Assembly: GCA_946965045.2 (NCBI GenBank)
Contig: OX337228.1
Coordinates: 5,332,001 to 5,396,000, forward strand
DNA length: 64,000 nt
Direction: 5' to 3'
Origin: Epithemia pelagica
Taxonomy: Eukaryota; Protista; Bacillariophyta
Made by a program: the position numbers and the translations under genes. This document shows, piece by piece, positions 21,328 to 33,116 of this stretch; positions within the stretch are counted from its first letter, which is position 1; each line of letters begins with the position of its first letter. The notes under the pieces were generated by a model. The model did no database searches. It was given only the letters and a program-made list of their open reading frames with translations, and was not told where the DNA came from.

Positions 21328-22728
21328 ACAACCTTTGTGTCCTTTTGACTGCTAGGTTCAGGCAGCAAGGTGACACACAACGACTTGACCTTTCAAGTAG
21401 TTGATGCGCACTCTCGAATGGGACGCTTCGATGAGATGCAAAGATGGGCTGTTGTTATGGTTTGGTTTGTGATCGAGATGTCCAAGGAAAAGGCAATGAC
21501 CGAGTTTTTTGGTCTTGTGGACTCGGAACGGAACGGAGACCGATCGATCGTGTGGATGGCTTTGTACAAGGTATAGCCTGCTCTCTCTTGGCAATACTAA
21601 TGGAGAAGAGAGATCCAATCAACTGGTGTGTTGCCGAGTCGACGATGGAGCTTTTGTCTGTTGTTTTTTTGTAAAAACACCCGCGCCACCACACTTCACA
21701 CTACAATGCATCTCGAGACGGGAGTGCGTTTGGGTATAGAAAATTCATCGGCGATCTTTGCATCGGCCGGCGCGAATTCCGGCCGACGATCGATTTCTTA
21801 GGCGCTGGAGGATCGATAGATACGGGGGATTCCGCCAGGCATCCTAAACTGGACTTAAGTAAAGGTTGGCGGTCGATTCCCGTCGTTCCGTTCATGGAGC
21901 GTGTGCGCCATTTCGCGCATGACGAGATTCTCCCACCATTGTCCGGACACAAAAGGTACGAAACACGCCATAGAGCTTGAGAGGGGAAGAAATACCACAA
22001 CAAAGCATCGAGATGGGGAGAACAAAAAGAACGGTTTGCTCCATGCCATGCCTGCATGGCATTACCGGAGAAGAAATCCCTCTCGAATCAATGTGCAATC
22101 CTTCTATTATTGTCAGAGAACTTCGCATTCTGCCAGGAGTTTGAAGGCCTGAATGATGGACCTATTCGGAATTTGTCGAAGGATAGGAGATGCCGGCAGA
22201 ACAGGGTAAACTCAAAATATTCTCCGCCTCCCTATTATGCCTTTTACCAGTGCCATGTGCCATGACACGGACGTGCTCTTTGTTATTCTGATCCAGGGCA
22301 ATGTACAATCCGTTGTCGGTTTCGAATGGTGATTTCTGGATCCTTTTGTCACGTGCAATGAATGAGAGTTGTCGGAGAGTTGTGGGAGTGTCCTGACCAT
22401 GCAGATGGATGGTAACTTTTGCCTGCATCTAAGTTGGCTCAACCGTCCCACAATCCACAATGAAAAGAAAATACTCATAGTAGGAGTAGGATCATGGGCG
22501 ACTACCTTGCTATGCGTGCTATGTGCCCACTGATATAGTTCGCGGGAGCACCCAGTCCAATGTCCAATGGCGGCGGAGACACAACGCGATTCAAGACGAA
22601 CAACAAAACAGTCCCTGGGAGTCACATACACATTTCAGAAACAGGGAACAAGGGTGTAACAGTCTCTATCGTCGTTTGACGTTCTCGGAAATTCAGGAAA
22701 GCCGTCATTCGCAGACACGAGAAGGATC

Positions 22729-25097
22729 ATGATTGGCACTAGTTGTTCTACCGCCAGACGACCATGGTTGGGGGCATTGTGGTTGGTGTCCATCCTAACA
22801 CACCAAGGGACATTGGCCTCTTTGCCAACGGCCGAAATGGATGTTGTCTTATCCGATGCACCACCGACAATGGCCAAGTTCAATTTGTTGGCTTCGCAGG
22901 CTTCCTTTGGAGCCTTTCCACCGATGCGAGGAGGAGCCACTCCTGGCATTGAAGGACCTTTGCAGTTGCCTCCCGACGACAATCCACTTCTTTGCAATCT
23001 TCCATCCAGACGACGAAACACTCGCAGAACTAAGCAACAACTGCAAAACAGTGTCTTGCTCGTTCCTCGTGGAACTTGTACGTTTGAGACCAAAGCCTAT
23101 CATGCTCAACTCTTGGGTGCCAATGCAATCCTTGTACATGGATCCTTGGGCAGCCGATACATGCTCAACACCACATCTGCCGATGCAAACACGTTGGGGA
23201 AAAAGGATATCATATGGCCCCTCCCCAAGCATGATTACGATTGCGACAAGGGACGTGCCATGATCCCCGATTCGGCCTTATCGTTTGATCCCTTGCCCTA
23301 CAACTCGAAACACAATGATCCCTTGCTATCGGGAGAAACCTCGCAAAATATTTGCTTCCAAAAATCTCCCAATGGGCTCCAGAATTGTCCCTCCAAGGCA
23401 TGTTTGTTGACGGGAAATCACTCCCAAACGGGTCGTACCAATGCCATACAGTGGGAAGCCTGTTGTGCGTGGGATTTGCACATGTGGATGGATGCCGATT
23501 ATTCGTTTTATCAAGAAAATTCGACCCGAGCTCCACCCACCATTCCGGCCCTCTATGTGAACCTACGTCAGGGCCAGCGTTTGCAGCGCCATGTCCGCAC
23601 CAATGCGCTGGTACAGGTCACCTTGTTTCAACGATGGGCACCCGCCTACAATCCCAGTTCGTTCTTGATATGGATGTTGGCCGTGGCCGTTGCCGCACTG
23701 GCGGCCTATTTATCGGCTCAGGATTATCGGACCAAACTCCGACGTGTGCTCCGAGCCAAGCAACAAGGAACATCAGAGGAGAACGGCGATAACAAGGATC
23801 CGTCGCAAGAGAGATCCGAACCACCACGAGATCCTCCTCAACCACAGGAAGAAACGGTCGAACTCAATTCCTGGCATGCCGTTGGATTTTTATTCATGGC
23901 CAGTACCAGTTTGCTTGTTCTCTTTTATTTCAAAATTTATGGAATTGTCAAAGTTATGTATGCCTTTGGTTGCAGCAAGGCTCTGGCCTCCATTCTCTTG
24001 ACTCCCTTGTTCAAGCGGGGCATGCGTCACCTGAACATTCCCAACCGTGTCCTGTGGGATACTCAAATGGAAGATGTGGGCGAAATCACCCTCCGTGATT
24101 TCCTGGCACATTTGGTTGCCTACATGCTGGGTCTGGTTTGGTTGTGCATTGCCTTTGCCTTTTATCACCCTGAAACGATTCCCTTTTACTGGGTGATGCA
24201 AGACGTGTTTGGTGTTTGCATGTGCATATTGTTTTTGCAGATTGTCAAGCTCAATTCGATTCGCGTCGCGTGTATCTTATTGGTCATGTACGTATGGTGC
24301 TTGTCGTGGAGAGACGTCCTACTCTGCCAAGTCCTCTCTGACCGTGCCTTTTGTCCTATTTTTTGCCTCGTCACAGTGCTTTTTTCTACGATATATTCTT
24401 TGTCTTTGTCAGTCCTCTTATATTCAAGAAGAGCGTAATGCTGGATGTTGCTACCAGTGGAGGTCCTCCTCCCAATCCAGACTGGTGTGAAAAGTACCCC
24501 GATGATCCCCTCAATTGCCGACAACGGGGGAATCCCCTCCCAATGCTGTTCACCATACCGCGCATTGCCGACTATCGTGGCGGGTCCAACCTTTTGGGAC
24601 TGGGCGACATTGTCGTGCCCGGATTACTGATCAGTTTTGCTGCACGCTTTGATGCAGCCAAGAGCTTGTTGGGTGTCATGGGTGGTGGCAATGGATCGTT
24701 GGGACGGTCCTATCCCTGTCCCGAACAAAAATATTGCGGAAGTACTTGCTGGAATGGTGGCTACTTTTTGCCTCTTGTCATAGCCTATGCTGTTGGATTG
24801 TCCATGGCGAATGCTGCTGTGTACTGGATGGATATGGGCCAACCGGCACTTTTGTACTTGGTCCCCTGCTGTTTGGGAATGGTCCTCTTGATTGGTTGGC
24901 GACGTCGGGAGCTCACAGATCTATGGGAAGGTCCACGAGTCATTCGAACGGCCGACGTCATTTGCTACGGTGAAGAATCATCTACTCCGACGACCAGTAC
25001 GGCGCATACCCGCATTCCACAAGATGAAACTGATGACAGTGATGGAGAAGCCCTAGCTGTTCCTTCTGCCGTTGACGAGGACAACACATGCGTATAG
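22729..25097 (+). CDS. Signal peptide peptidase-like aspartyl protease (A22B, SPPL2-type, with PA domain); exons 22729-24287, 24377-25097
   Basis: PA domain (LLVPRGTCTFETKAYHAQLLGANAILV) and catalytic motifs FFYDIFFVF, LLGLGDIVVPG and GQPALLYLVP. The GTACGT..CAG intron gives ILLVIAFFYD. Confidence 0.95.
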
Positions 25098-25400
25098 AAC
25101 TTTCAAGTCCGTGTGGCCATCCTATGCGATTTGGACGAAAGGCGAACAAATGACATAGAATAAGCCACGGTGTTGAACTAATGACAGTATTCATATGCAA
25201 CCATGCGAATTGCCAATAACTAATGAATAGTACAGCGTTTCGGATGGAGGAAAACCGTGAATGGGTATGGCTCATGAAAAGTACCGCGATTCGGCTGAGG
25301 GAAATCATGAATACGAATACGATACTACACTGTATGAATAATTGAACCGAGTGGACCAGGGAATAGGGAAACACTGCCGAGACGGTCCACTCAGAGATGA

Positions 25401-26099
25401 CTACGTCGGGACAAAGTTGGGATTGGCAAGTTTGATTTCCTCTGGCATATTTCGAATCCTGGAAGAAGATGAGGCAATCAAACTGTTAAGTTCCAATGGT
25501 CTCTTGGGACAAAAGGGCAACTTTACTTTACAAAACAACACGTACCAAAAACCCTTGTCTTCTATAAAGTCCTCACATGCGACAACATCATACTCAATAG
25601 TCGTTGCAGATGACAAATCATAGACCGTTTTCCCAACAAGTGGACTAGAGTCTTTTTCTTCTTGATTATTCGATTCAGATGCGGCGGCTAATGCTGCCTG
25701 TTCTTCCTCAGCTTGATGCTCCATGTACAAACGATCCATAACCTCATTTTGTTCGACCATTCGTATATTGGCGTGGATTGTCGGAGAACCATCTCGAGGT
25801 GTAAATGTCGGGTACTCCGTCATGTGCGGCTGGTCATGCTTTGTCTCCACAAAATGGTATGCCTCACAGTTTGTCACCCGTGCACAGTTAATACAGATGC
25901 ACATTTCTAAACTCGTGGTTGTTCGTCTTTCCAGTACAACAGCTGATTTCATCTTGTGCGCATCGGCGTGGCAACAGTCCCAACTCCAGAGCCCATCTCG
26001 TGTCGGCTTTGCTAATCTCTCATCAGAGATTGACTGAAAGGCATGAACAAACAGGCAATTAGCGAAAATTAAAGTATAAAGAAGGAACGTCCTCATCAT
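25401..26099 (-). CDS. ycf34: Nucleus-encoded, plastid-targeted Ycf34-family protein; exons 26099-25546, 25458-25401
   Basis: Signal peptide ending VHA-FQS. The mature domain MCICINCARVTNCEAYHFVETKHDQPHM..PTF....IEYDVVACEDF...W...VPT matches the cyanobacterial/red-algal Ycf34 pattern. Confidence 0.85.
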   Translation of the reverse strand: MMRTFLLYTLIFANCLFVHAFQSISDERLAKPTRDGLWSWDCCHADAHKMKSAVVLERRTTTSLEMCICINCARVTNCEAYHFVETKHDQPHMTEYPTFTPRDGSPTIHANIRMVEQNEVMDRLYMEHQAEEEQAALAAASESNNQEEKDSSPLVGKTVYDLSSATTIEYDVVACEDFIEDKGFWYVLFCKVKLPFCPKRPLELNSLIASSSSRIRNMPEEIKLANPNFVPT

Positions 26100-26439
26100 C
26101 GTCGAGGGGAGAGTTCAAAAATGATCGAACTATGGGCATAGGGATTGGGCACATAGTATCCGTATGCGACTACGGGGGGTATCTTTCCTAAGTCGGTCTG
26201 TAAGTCGTATGTCTTGTCGGAAGAGTCGCGTTTGCGAAATGAAGTTCGCCCTCAGTATTCTGCCATACGTAATTGGTATCCATCACCATCGCCCACATAT
26301 TCGTCCATCCAAGTTTGGACTTTTTGACGATTCGATCTCCTTCTTCCCTTGGGTCTTTCGATCCTTCAGAACAAGTTGCATTGCACAGAGTTGTGATTTG
26401 GTTCACACTGTCCAAGCTATCATTTCACACTGTTCCACG

Positions 26440-29037
26440 ATGACTTCATTACGTGTTCGCTTTCTCCTTCTGACGTCCGTGTGCTTTTTCCATCTTTGGG
26501 TTGCATGTGATGCGTTCGTTCTGGTAAAGCCTCAGTTTGAAAGTGTAATATCTTCCTCCTCCTCCCTTGGGATGGTAGCAACATCTGCCACATCACCCAA
26601 TGGCGAAATTCCGATCGTTGCCAAGAAGGGAGGGCGAGGTGCAGCAACTGCCTCTGAAAAGGCTTTAGTCCAGGGACTGTCGTTGGGTGCACCCCCTGTT
26701 CGGCCCACAGGTGGTCACTATCTGACAAAGGGAGGTATCCAAGTGACAGCCAATGTGGAGTCCATCGATTTTTCAGCCTCGCCATCATCGGCGCCTGGCA
26801 CTTCGGGTGCTGCACTCGAGGAGTTGGTATCTCAGTTGGATGAAAAGAAGGGTGTTCTGCTTGCAAGCTCCTATGAGTTTCCTGGAAGATACGCACGTTG
26901 GTCCCTTGGATTCGTGGATCCACCCGTTGAGATATCGGGGAAAGGATCCAAGTGCACAATCAAGGCTTTGAACAAACGAGGACACATTCTAATGGAACCG
27001 TTGGAAGAACAGATGCAAAAATTAAAGGACATGGACATTCTGGAGGAGGTGCACGTGTTCACAGAAGTGAACAGCGAAAACGGAGGCGAAGTTATTGACA
27101 GAGTGCAGGTTGTGGTTTCCCCACCTCCGAGTGTTGGATCCTTTCCAGAAGAACAAAGGAGTCGGCAACCTTCTCTTTTCTCCATCGTCCGGTCCATTAT
27201 CGATGCGTTTTCGTATCAAGGAGGTGATCGACAATTGGGACTGTATGGAGCTTTCGGTTATGACCTTACATATCAGTTTGAACCCATAGATCTCAAACAA
27301 GAAAGAGACGCCGAACAACGTGATCTTGTCTTGTTTTTGCCTGATTCAATTCTCGTTGTTGACCAGGATAAGCGCGATGCTTGGAAAGTCTCCTACGATT
27401 TTTGTGCCAATGGTAAGTCCACCCAAAGCTTACCGCGAACAGGTGCAAGCGAACCGTTCGAGCCCTTTGATGAAACATCCCAAGAGCAATCCTATCAAAC
27501 TCGAGACACCCCGCCTCAGGAATTTGCAACTAGTGTGGAAAAAGCAAAGCGTGAATTTGCTGTTGGAAACTTGTTTGAAGCTGTCTTGTCCCAAACGTTT
27601 CGAGAAAAGTTGTCACCGGAACAGAAACCATCTAAATTGTTTCGAAGGCTCCGTGCTCGGAACCCGGCACCATATGGCTTTTTCATCAATCTTGGAGAAC
27701 AAGAGTACATGGTGGGAGCAAGCCCAGAGATGTTTGTTCGGTGTGAAACCATCCAAGACAATGACTATAGACCAGGTGCCATTCGTGTGGAATCTTGTCC
27801 CATTTCGGGCACTGTCGCTCGAGGGGCCGATGCCCTGGAGGATGCCCAACGCGTGAAATCGCTCATGATGAATTCCAAGGAAGAGTCTGAACTAACCATG
27901 TGTACCGATGTGGATCGGAATGACAAGTCACGGATCTGTGAACCTGGATCGGTACAAGTTATCGGTAGGAGACAGATTGAAATGTATAGTCGCCTCATCC
28001 ATACCGTCGATCACGTGGAAGGATATTTGAGGTCCGGCTTTGACGCCCTTGATGCATTCTTGTGCCACACGTGGGCTGTTACAGTAACTGGTGCACCGAA
28101 AACCTGGGCAATCCAATTCGTCGAAGACAATGAAAGGTCACCAAGGTGTTGGTACGGTGGTGCTGTCGGAATGGTCGGTTTCGATGGAGGTCTAAACACA
28201 GGCCTAACGTTGAGAACGGTTCGAATCAAGCAAGGAGTTGCAGAGGTTCGTGCCGGAGCGACATTGCTCTACGACTCCAATCCTGTGGCCGAAGAATTGG
28301 AGACAGAACTCAAGGCGTCTGCGATGATTGATGCAATCGTCCGTCAGGGACCTGAAGACGTCCCTGAGACTAGTTCTGGAAGCAGGAAGGACTCGATGAA
28401 GCAAGGAGAAGGCAAATCTGTGGTTCTGATTGACCATGAAGATTCATTCGTTCATACATTGGGTAACTACTTGCGACAAACTGGGGCTGATGTTCTGACT
28501 TTACGTAGTGGGGCGTCAGCGTTGGCAACAATCGAAGAGTTGATTTCGAAGGGCTCAAAGCCTGACTTGGTTGTGTTGTCGCCTGGCCCCGGTAATCCAA
28601 CCGATTTTGGGCTTTCAACCACAATGGACTTCCTGATCAAGCACAGAATACCAGGATTTGGTGTTTGTTTAGGATTGCAAGGAATGGTAGAACATTTTGG
28701 GGGCAAATTGGGAGTTCTTAGCTACCCCATGCATGGAAAGCCATCTCACGTGTCATTGACAGTTGAAGGACAAGCAGAAGGAAGCATATTTTCTTCTCTT
28801 CCCGAATCTTTTGACGTTGCCCGGTATCATTCTCTTCACGGTATCAAGGAAATGATGCCGTCGTGTCTTAGTGTGACAGCGCAGAGTGAAGATGGAATTG
28901 TCATGGGAATACAACACAAGGAGCTTCCGTACGCTGCGGTACAATTCCACCCCGAGTCAATTCTCACCAGTCCTGTTCATGGAATGACCATCCTCGGGAA
29001 CACTCTTGGCTGTCTACAATACAATGAAATGGACTAA
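26440..29037 (+). CDS. trpE(G): Anthranilate synthase, fused components I and II (TrpE(G)), plastid-targeted
   Basis: SSYEFPGRYARWSLGFVDPP, NPAPY, GASPEMFVR, PISGT, KEESELTMCTDVDRNDKS and RAGATLL, followed by a GATase domain (SPGPG, GVCLGLQ, RYHSL, QFHPES). The likely start is ATG 26440, with signal peptide ending CDA-FVL. Confidence 0.95.
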   Translation: MTSLRVRFLLLTSVCFFHLWVACDAFVLVKPQFESVISSSSSLGMVATSATSPNGEIPIVAKKGGRGAATASEKALVQGLSLGAPPVRPTGGHYLTKGGIQVTANVESIDFSASPSSAPGTSGAALEELVSQLDEKKGVLLASSYEFPGRYARWSLGFVDPPVEISGKGSKCTIKALNKRGHILMEPLEEQMQKLKDMDILEEVHVFTEVNSENGGEVIDRVQVVVSPPPSVGSFPEEQRSRQPSLFSIVRSIIDAFSYQGGDRQLGLYGAFGYDLTYQFEPIDLKQERDAEQRDLVLFLPDSILVVDQDKRDAWKVSYDFCANGKSTQSLPRTGASEPFEPFDETSQEQSYQTRDTPPQEFATSVEKAKREFAVGNLFEAVLSQTFREKLSPEQKPSKLFRRLRARNPAPYGFFINLGEQEYMVGASPEMFVRCETIQDNDYRPGAIRVESCPISGTVARGADALEDAQRVKSLMMNSKEESELTMCTDVDRNDKSRICEPGSVQVIGRRQIEMYSRLIHTVDHVEGYLRSGFDALDAFLCHTWAVTVTGAPKTWAIQFVEDNERSPRCWYGGAVGMVGFDGGLNTGLTLRTVRIKQGVAEVRAGATLLYDSNPVAEELETELKASAMIDAIVRQGPEDVPETSSGSRKDSMKQGEGKSVVLIDHEDSFVHTLGNYLRQTGADVLTLRSGASALATIEELISKGSKPDLVVLSPGPGNPTDFGLSTTMDFLIKHRIPGFGVCLGLQGMVEHFGGKLGVLSYPMHGKPSHVSLTVEGQAEGSIFSSLPESFDVARYHSLHGIKEMMPSCLSVTAQSEDGIVMGIQHKELPYAAVQFHPESILTSPVHGMTILGNTLGCLQYNEMD

Positions 29038-29065
29038 TAATGGTTGCTGTAGATGATGTTTCTAT

Positions 29066-29833
29066 CTAAAATAGACCAAAAAATTTCTTCCTCAATTTCT
29101 ACAGTGTAGCAGTGAACAAATGATGAGTTCAAAGTAAAAATCTCGTCGAAAGAGAAACTCAGCTGAGTTTCACGTACCTGCTCATCTTGTTCAAGTTCTT
29201 GGAGCAATGCATCCTTCTTTTGCTGCGCAGCAATGGCGGCATCTTCGCGTTGCTTCAATTGCTTCGACGTCAACTCAACCGTCTTCTTATATTGAGTGGG
29301 TGATTCAAAAACAAGCTTCACTGGACCCGAACGGACTCGGATAGCGGCCAGAACTCGGGTAAGACCGGCTCCACGACAGCTCCACATTTGATCGCCAAAC
29401 GTAGCACTGCACATAGTAACAATATCTCCTTCCTTGACCTAAAGAGGTTCAAACGGCTGAGGCTCGTGGTTTCTGATCATGATGTGTCGTGTCGCTAATA
29501 TCCAAGTCGGTTCTATCCCTTTCTTTCACGGTATCTTACCTTGCCAGTTCGTGCCGCATTACCCTTGGGTGCAACTGTTTCCACGTAAACGTTGCGGTAT
29601 CCATCTTCCTTTAGAATCAGCCCAAGGGGTCGAATGAGCTCCACAACATTGTCTTCGGCACCCGCAGATCGTGACTGGCGGGCCCACCGCATGAACTCCT
29701 CGTCGGCGTCTCCCTTTGCCATTGACAACGCCATCTCTTTATTCGAGAATCCATTCCCTCCAAAACAAAATGCATTTGTTCCGACGAGAGTCGCAATGAC
29801 GAGAGTGACGATAAACTCTTTAAACGCAATCAT
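29066..29833 (-). CDS. Plastid-targeted PDZ-like domain protein; exons 29833-29540, 29438-29178, 29098-29066
   Basis: Signal peptide ending TNA-FCF and PDZ-like RPLGLILKED..VYVETVAPKGNAARTGKVKEGDIV. Two phase-0 GT-AG introns; the C-terminus is KKFFGLF. Confidence 0.8.
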
Positions 29834-30076
29834 TTCTTATGCTTCTTTATTCTAGTGTCGTGGATTGTGGATTATGTTGTCACAGCATATTCACGATGGC
29901 CGTCTTTTCTCGACATTTCATCTCAATCTGACAACTGTGGTCTGACACAATAAGCGAACTTCACCTTACCGGACAGGAACACGTCATTATATTTAACACG
30001 ACTCATATACGACTTTTAAGCGACCAGGGTAATTTTCGTCATGCCATCGGCACCCATCATCCATCATATAGACTAT

Positions 30077-32586
30077 CTATCCCTGCTCCATGGTGTCAAC
30101 GACGAACCCACCTGGAGTTGTGAGGGAAATATCTTCGCTACTGTCTCCTTCTTGCACAATATCCATTGGTTGTGCTTGCGTTGCAATTTTGTCTGTCGGC
30201 CGATTATTGCTTCCCGTCCAGATGACATTTCGAGCCAGGGCTCGTAGCCTCTTTCGGCGTACACGAATTGAAGTCATTGATTCGTTCAAGTTTGTGCTGG
30301 ACAAGGAAAATCCATCTTGCTTTATCCATCGACATCTTAAAGCATCATCCACGGTCCACCGGTCTTTCGGGTCAACACATAGCAGACCACGAATTAAATC
30401 CTTCGCATCATTTGAGATGTGTTTCCAGTCATCTTCCTCGAATGACCACTCACCCATTCGGATTTTATCGAATAGAACAGCTTGGTCATCTTCCAAGAAA
30501 GGGGGGTATCCGACAAGCAAAACAAATATGACAACGCCAACAGACCAAAGATCCACGCGTTGATCGTGTGGAATATTCTTTAAAATCTCTGGAGCGACAT
30601 ATGTTGGCGTTCCAACTCGAGATGTTAAGGAATTTGGAGTGTGAACGCGGCGAGCAAAACCAAAGTCTCCAATCTTAACGTTCGAATGGTCATCTTGCCT
30701 TCGTAGCAATAAATTTTGCGGCTTGATATCTCGGTGGGCAATGTTCGCCAAGTGCATAGAAGCTACAGCCTTTAGCAAGGTCTTTGCAAGATCCCGGGCA
30801 TCCCTTTCTGTGTATGCTGTCAAACTCACGATGCGGTCAAACACATCACCGCCTGCCATATATTCCATCACAAGATAGAAACACTCCGGTTCTTCGTAGA
30901 AATCCAGCAACTGCACGCAGTATCGGTTTGCACTAAGTGACTGCATGGCAGCAACTTCTGTTAAGACAGCCTCATCGTCCGATGGCTTCAGTCCTCGACG
31001 ATCAATGACCTTAACAGCATATAACTCTGACGAGTGAATATGCAAACATTCCCATACGGTTGCTGAGGATCCGGATCGGAGGCATCTTCTTAATTGATAG
31101 ACATCTGCAAATTTGACGATGGGCACAGAAATGTGATGCAATGGTGTGACTGGAAGACGCGTGCTGGCCATTCGTACTAGTTGCGCTCTTCTCGATGGTG
31201 CTGGAGCATTCGAGGTTATCGGTTGCAGTTCTTGCTGTTGCTGCTGTTGATACTGTTGTTGTTGAGTTGGTGGTACGTCGCTAATGTCCATTGCGTCGGC
31301 ATCCTGCGATCCCCCCTCTTGAGCACGGATTTGTTCTTCAATGGCCTGTTTGTCCCAGGTAGTAATCTGCTGACTAAATGTAACTTGATCTGGTTTCCAA
31401 AATTTCTGTGTCGCTGCCCATGTAATCGCTGTCTTGGCAGCTTTCCATCGCCTTTGTGCCAGAAATTTTTTGAATCCTGGTAATGCACGGGCAGACAAAT
31501 CATTGGCCTTCAACCGATTCTCGGTTTCTCGTTGGAACCAGTCGCTTTCCAATGCCTCACGTGCTGTACAGCGATTTTCCATATTAACCGTGAGCAAGTG
31601 ACTGATTAGAGTTTTTGCCGCCACGCTGACATTTCCAAACACAGTTTCGTGAAACACAAAGTCACCCGCTCGAATTTTACAAAACAGCTCGCGATGATTG
31701 TTGCCCTGAAATGGTGGATATCCTCCGATCAACATATACAAGAGACACCCAATGCTCCAAAGGTCAACTCTGATTCCGTACGGCACTCCCACCAGGATTT
31801 CGGGAGCTACAAAAGCTGGCGTTCTGTATGGAAAGACGCAAAGTCACAATGAGAACAAATGAATGGCTTTCGCGTCAACTTCCACGTCTTTCCTTTGGTC
31901 GACACGTACCCACATCTAGTTTGACACCACTCATTGGGTTGTACGTGTCTCGCAAAACCAAAATCAGCCAACAAAATGCTGGTATCATCATTCGCATAAC
32001 GCAACAGCAAGTTTTCAGGTTTCAAATCTCGATGAACAATAGGAACTTGGTGAATCGAGTTCACCGTTTCCAAAAGAATCAAACCTAAATCTCTCACGTC
32101 TTTTTCAGTGTATGTTTGTCTTTGACTTAGACGATCGAATACATCTCCACCCTCGGCCAACACTTGAACCATGTATAGCTGCGATTCGTCTTGAAAGAAG
32201 TCAATGAGGGAAATGACGTGATCCAAGAATCGCAATTCCCTCAAAATAGCCAATTCACGAAAAACGTTGGCATTGTCTTTCTGTTTCATTCTGGATTTGT
32301 CCATTATTTTGACAGCGTAGGGTGTGGACGGCTCGGATTTGTGATGGCACTTGTAGACGGTTCCATACGAGCCCGATCGCAATTTCTCATCCACCTCGTA
32401 CAGATCGTCAAACGCAAACTCGTCCGTAGTTAACAGCTGCCCTCGCAAATCAGTGCCGTTGTGATCCAACGTACTTCCTGGAACTGGAATAATGCTTCGT
32501 GCGGCATGTTGCCGGGTGAAAGAAGCAGTCTTGGAATCCTCCATCGCGCGACTGGCGTCTTGTCGCATTAACGATGTACGCCTCAT
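30077..32586 (-). CDS. CAMK-group Ser/Thr kinase with two tandem kinase domains; exons 32586-31910, 31823-30077
   Basis: Domain 1: GSYG, YAVK, HRDLKPEN, DFG, CGTPAFVAPE (across the intron). Domain 2: YAVK, HRDIKPQN, DFG, VGTPTYVAPE. A Gln-rich linker joins them. The start codon is uncertain. Confidence 0.9.
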
Positions 32587-33116
32587 GATGATGAATAACA
32601 CCAATTCACAGCACTTGGTTATAATTTATCGACTAGGTCCCCGGCAGATAACGTTGAAAGGTCGAAAATCCAATCGATGATAACGGGGAGGTGGCCTATG
32701 TCCAACTGCCAACAAAACAGAAGATGGACCAATTTGGATTCGAAAGAAATCCACGGATGCTGATGGGAAATTGGAAACAGGTGTGCGAATATGAAAGCAA
32801 ACAGCTTGGGAAGCCTTGTTAGCTTCAAGGATGGATCGATCGGCAGTAGGAGTAATTCATTAAGACAATTATATCTTGAACAGCACCACAGCGACACAAC
32901 AACACAAGCGATGATGTGCCACCGCAAACGACGATAAGAAAACCAAACATCCATCCTGGCGTGCAGTATCAGGAACTGCTACAATCAATGACGGAGTAGG
33001 TAATGGTGATCCCGTATGGTAGTGGGAAGCATCATTTCGTGCGACTGAACGGCGCGCAATGACGATGGGGCAAGAAAATTCAACGTCTCAAAAAAAAAGT
33101 CAAAGAATCATGAAAC

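Noticed and set aside
21358-22631. Cluster of short ORFs between the IQ-repeat and SPPL genes
   Set aside because: I tried a spliced minus-strand model from 22428, but it gave no recognisable protein. I treated the region as divergent intergenic sequence.
26164-26439. 92-aa N-terminal extension of anthranilate synthase in the ORF track
   Set aside because: A signal peptide with a +1 Phe starts at ATG 26440. The upstream part looks like promoter/UTR shared with ycf34.
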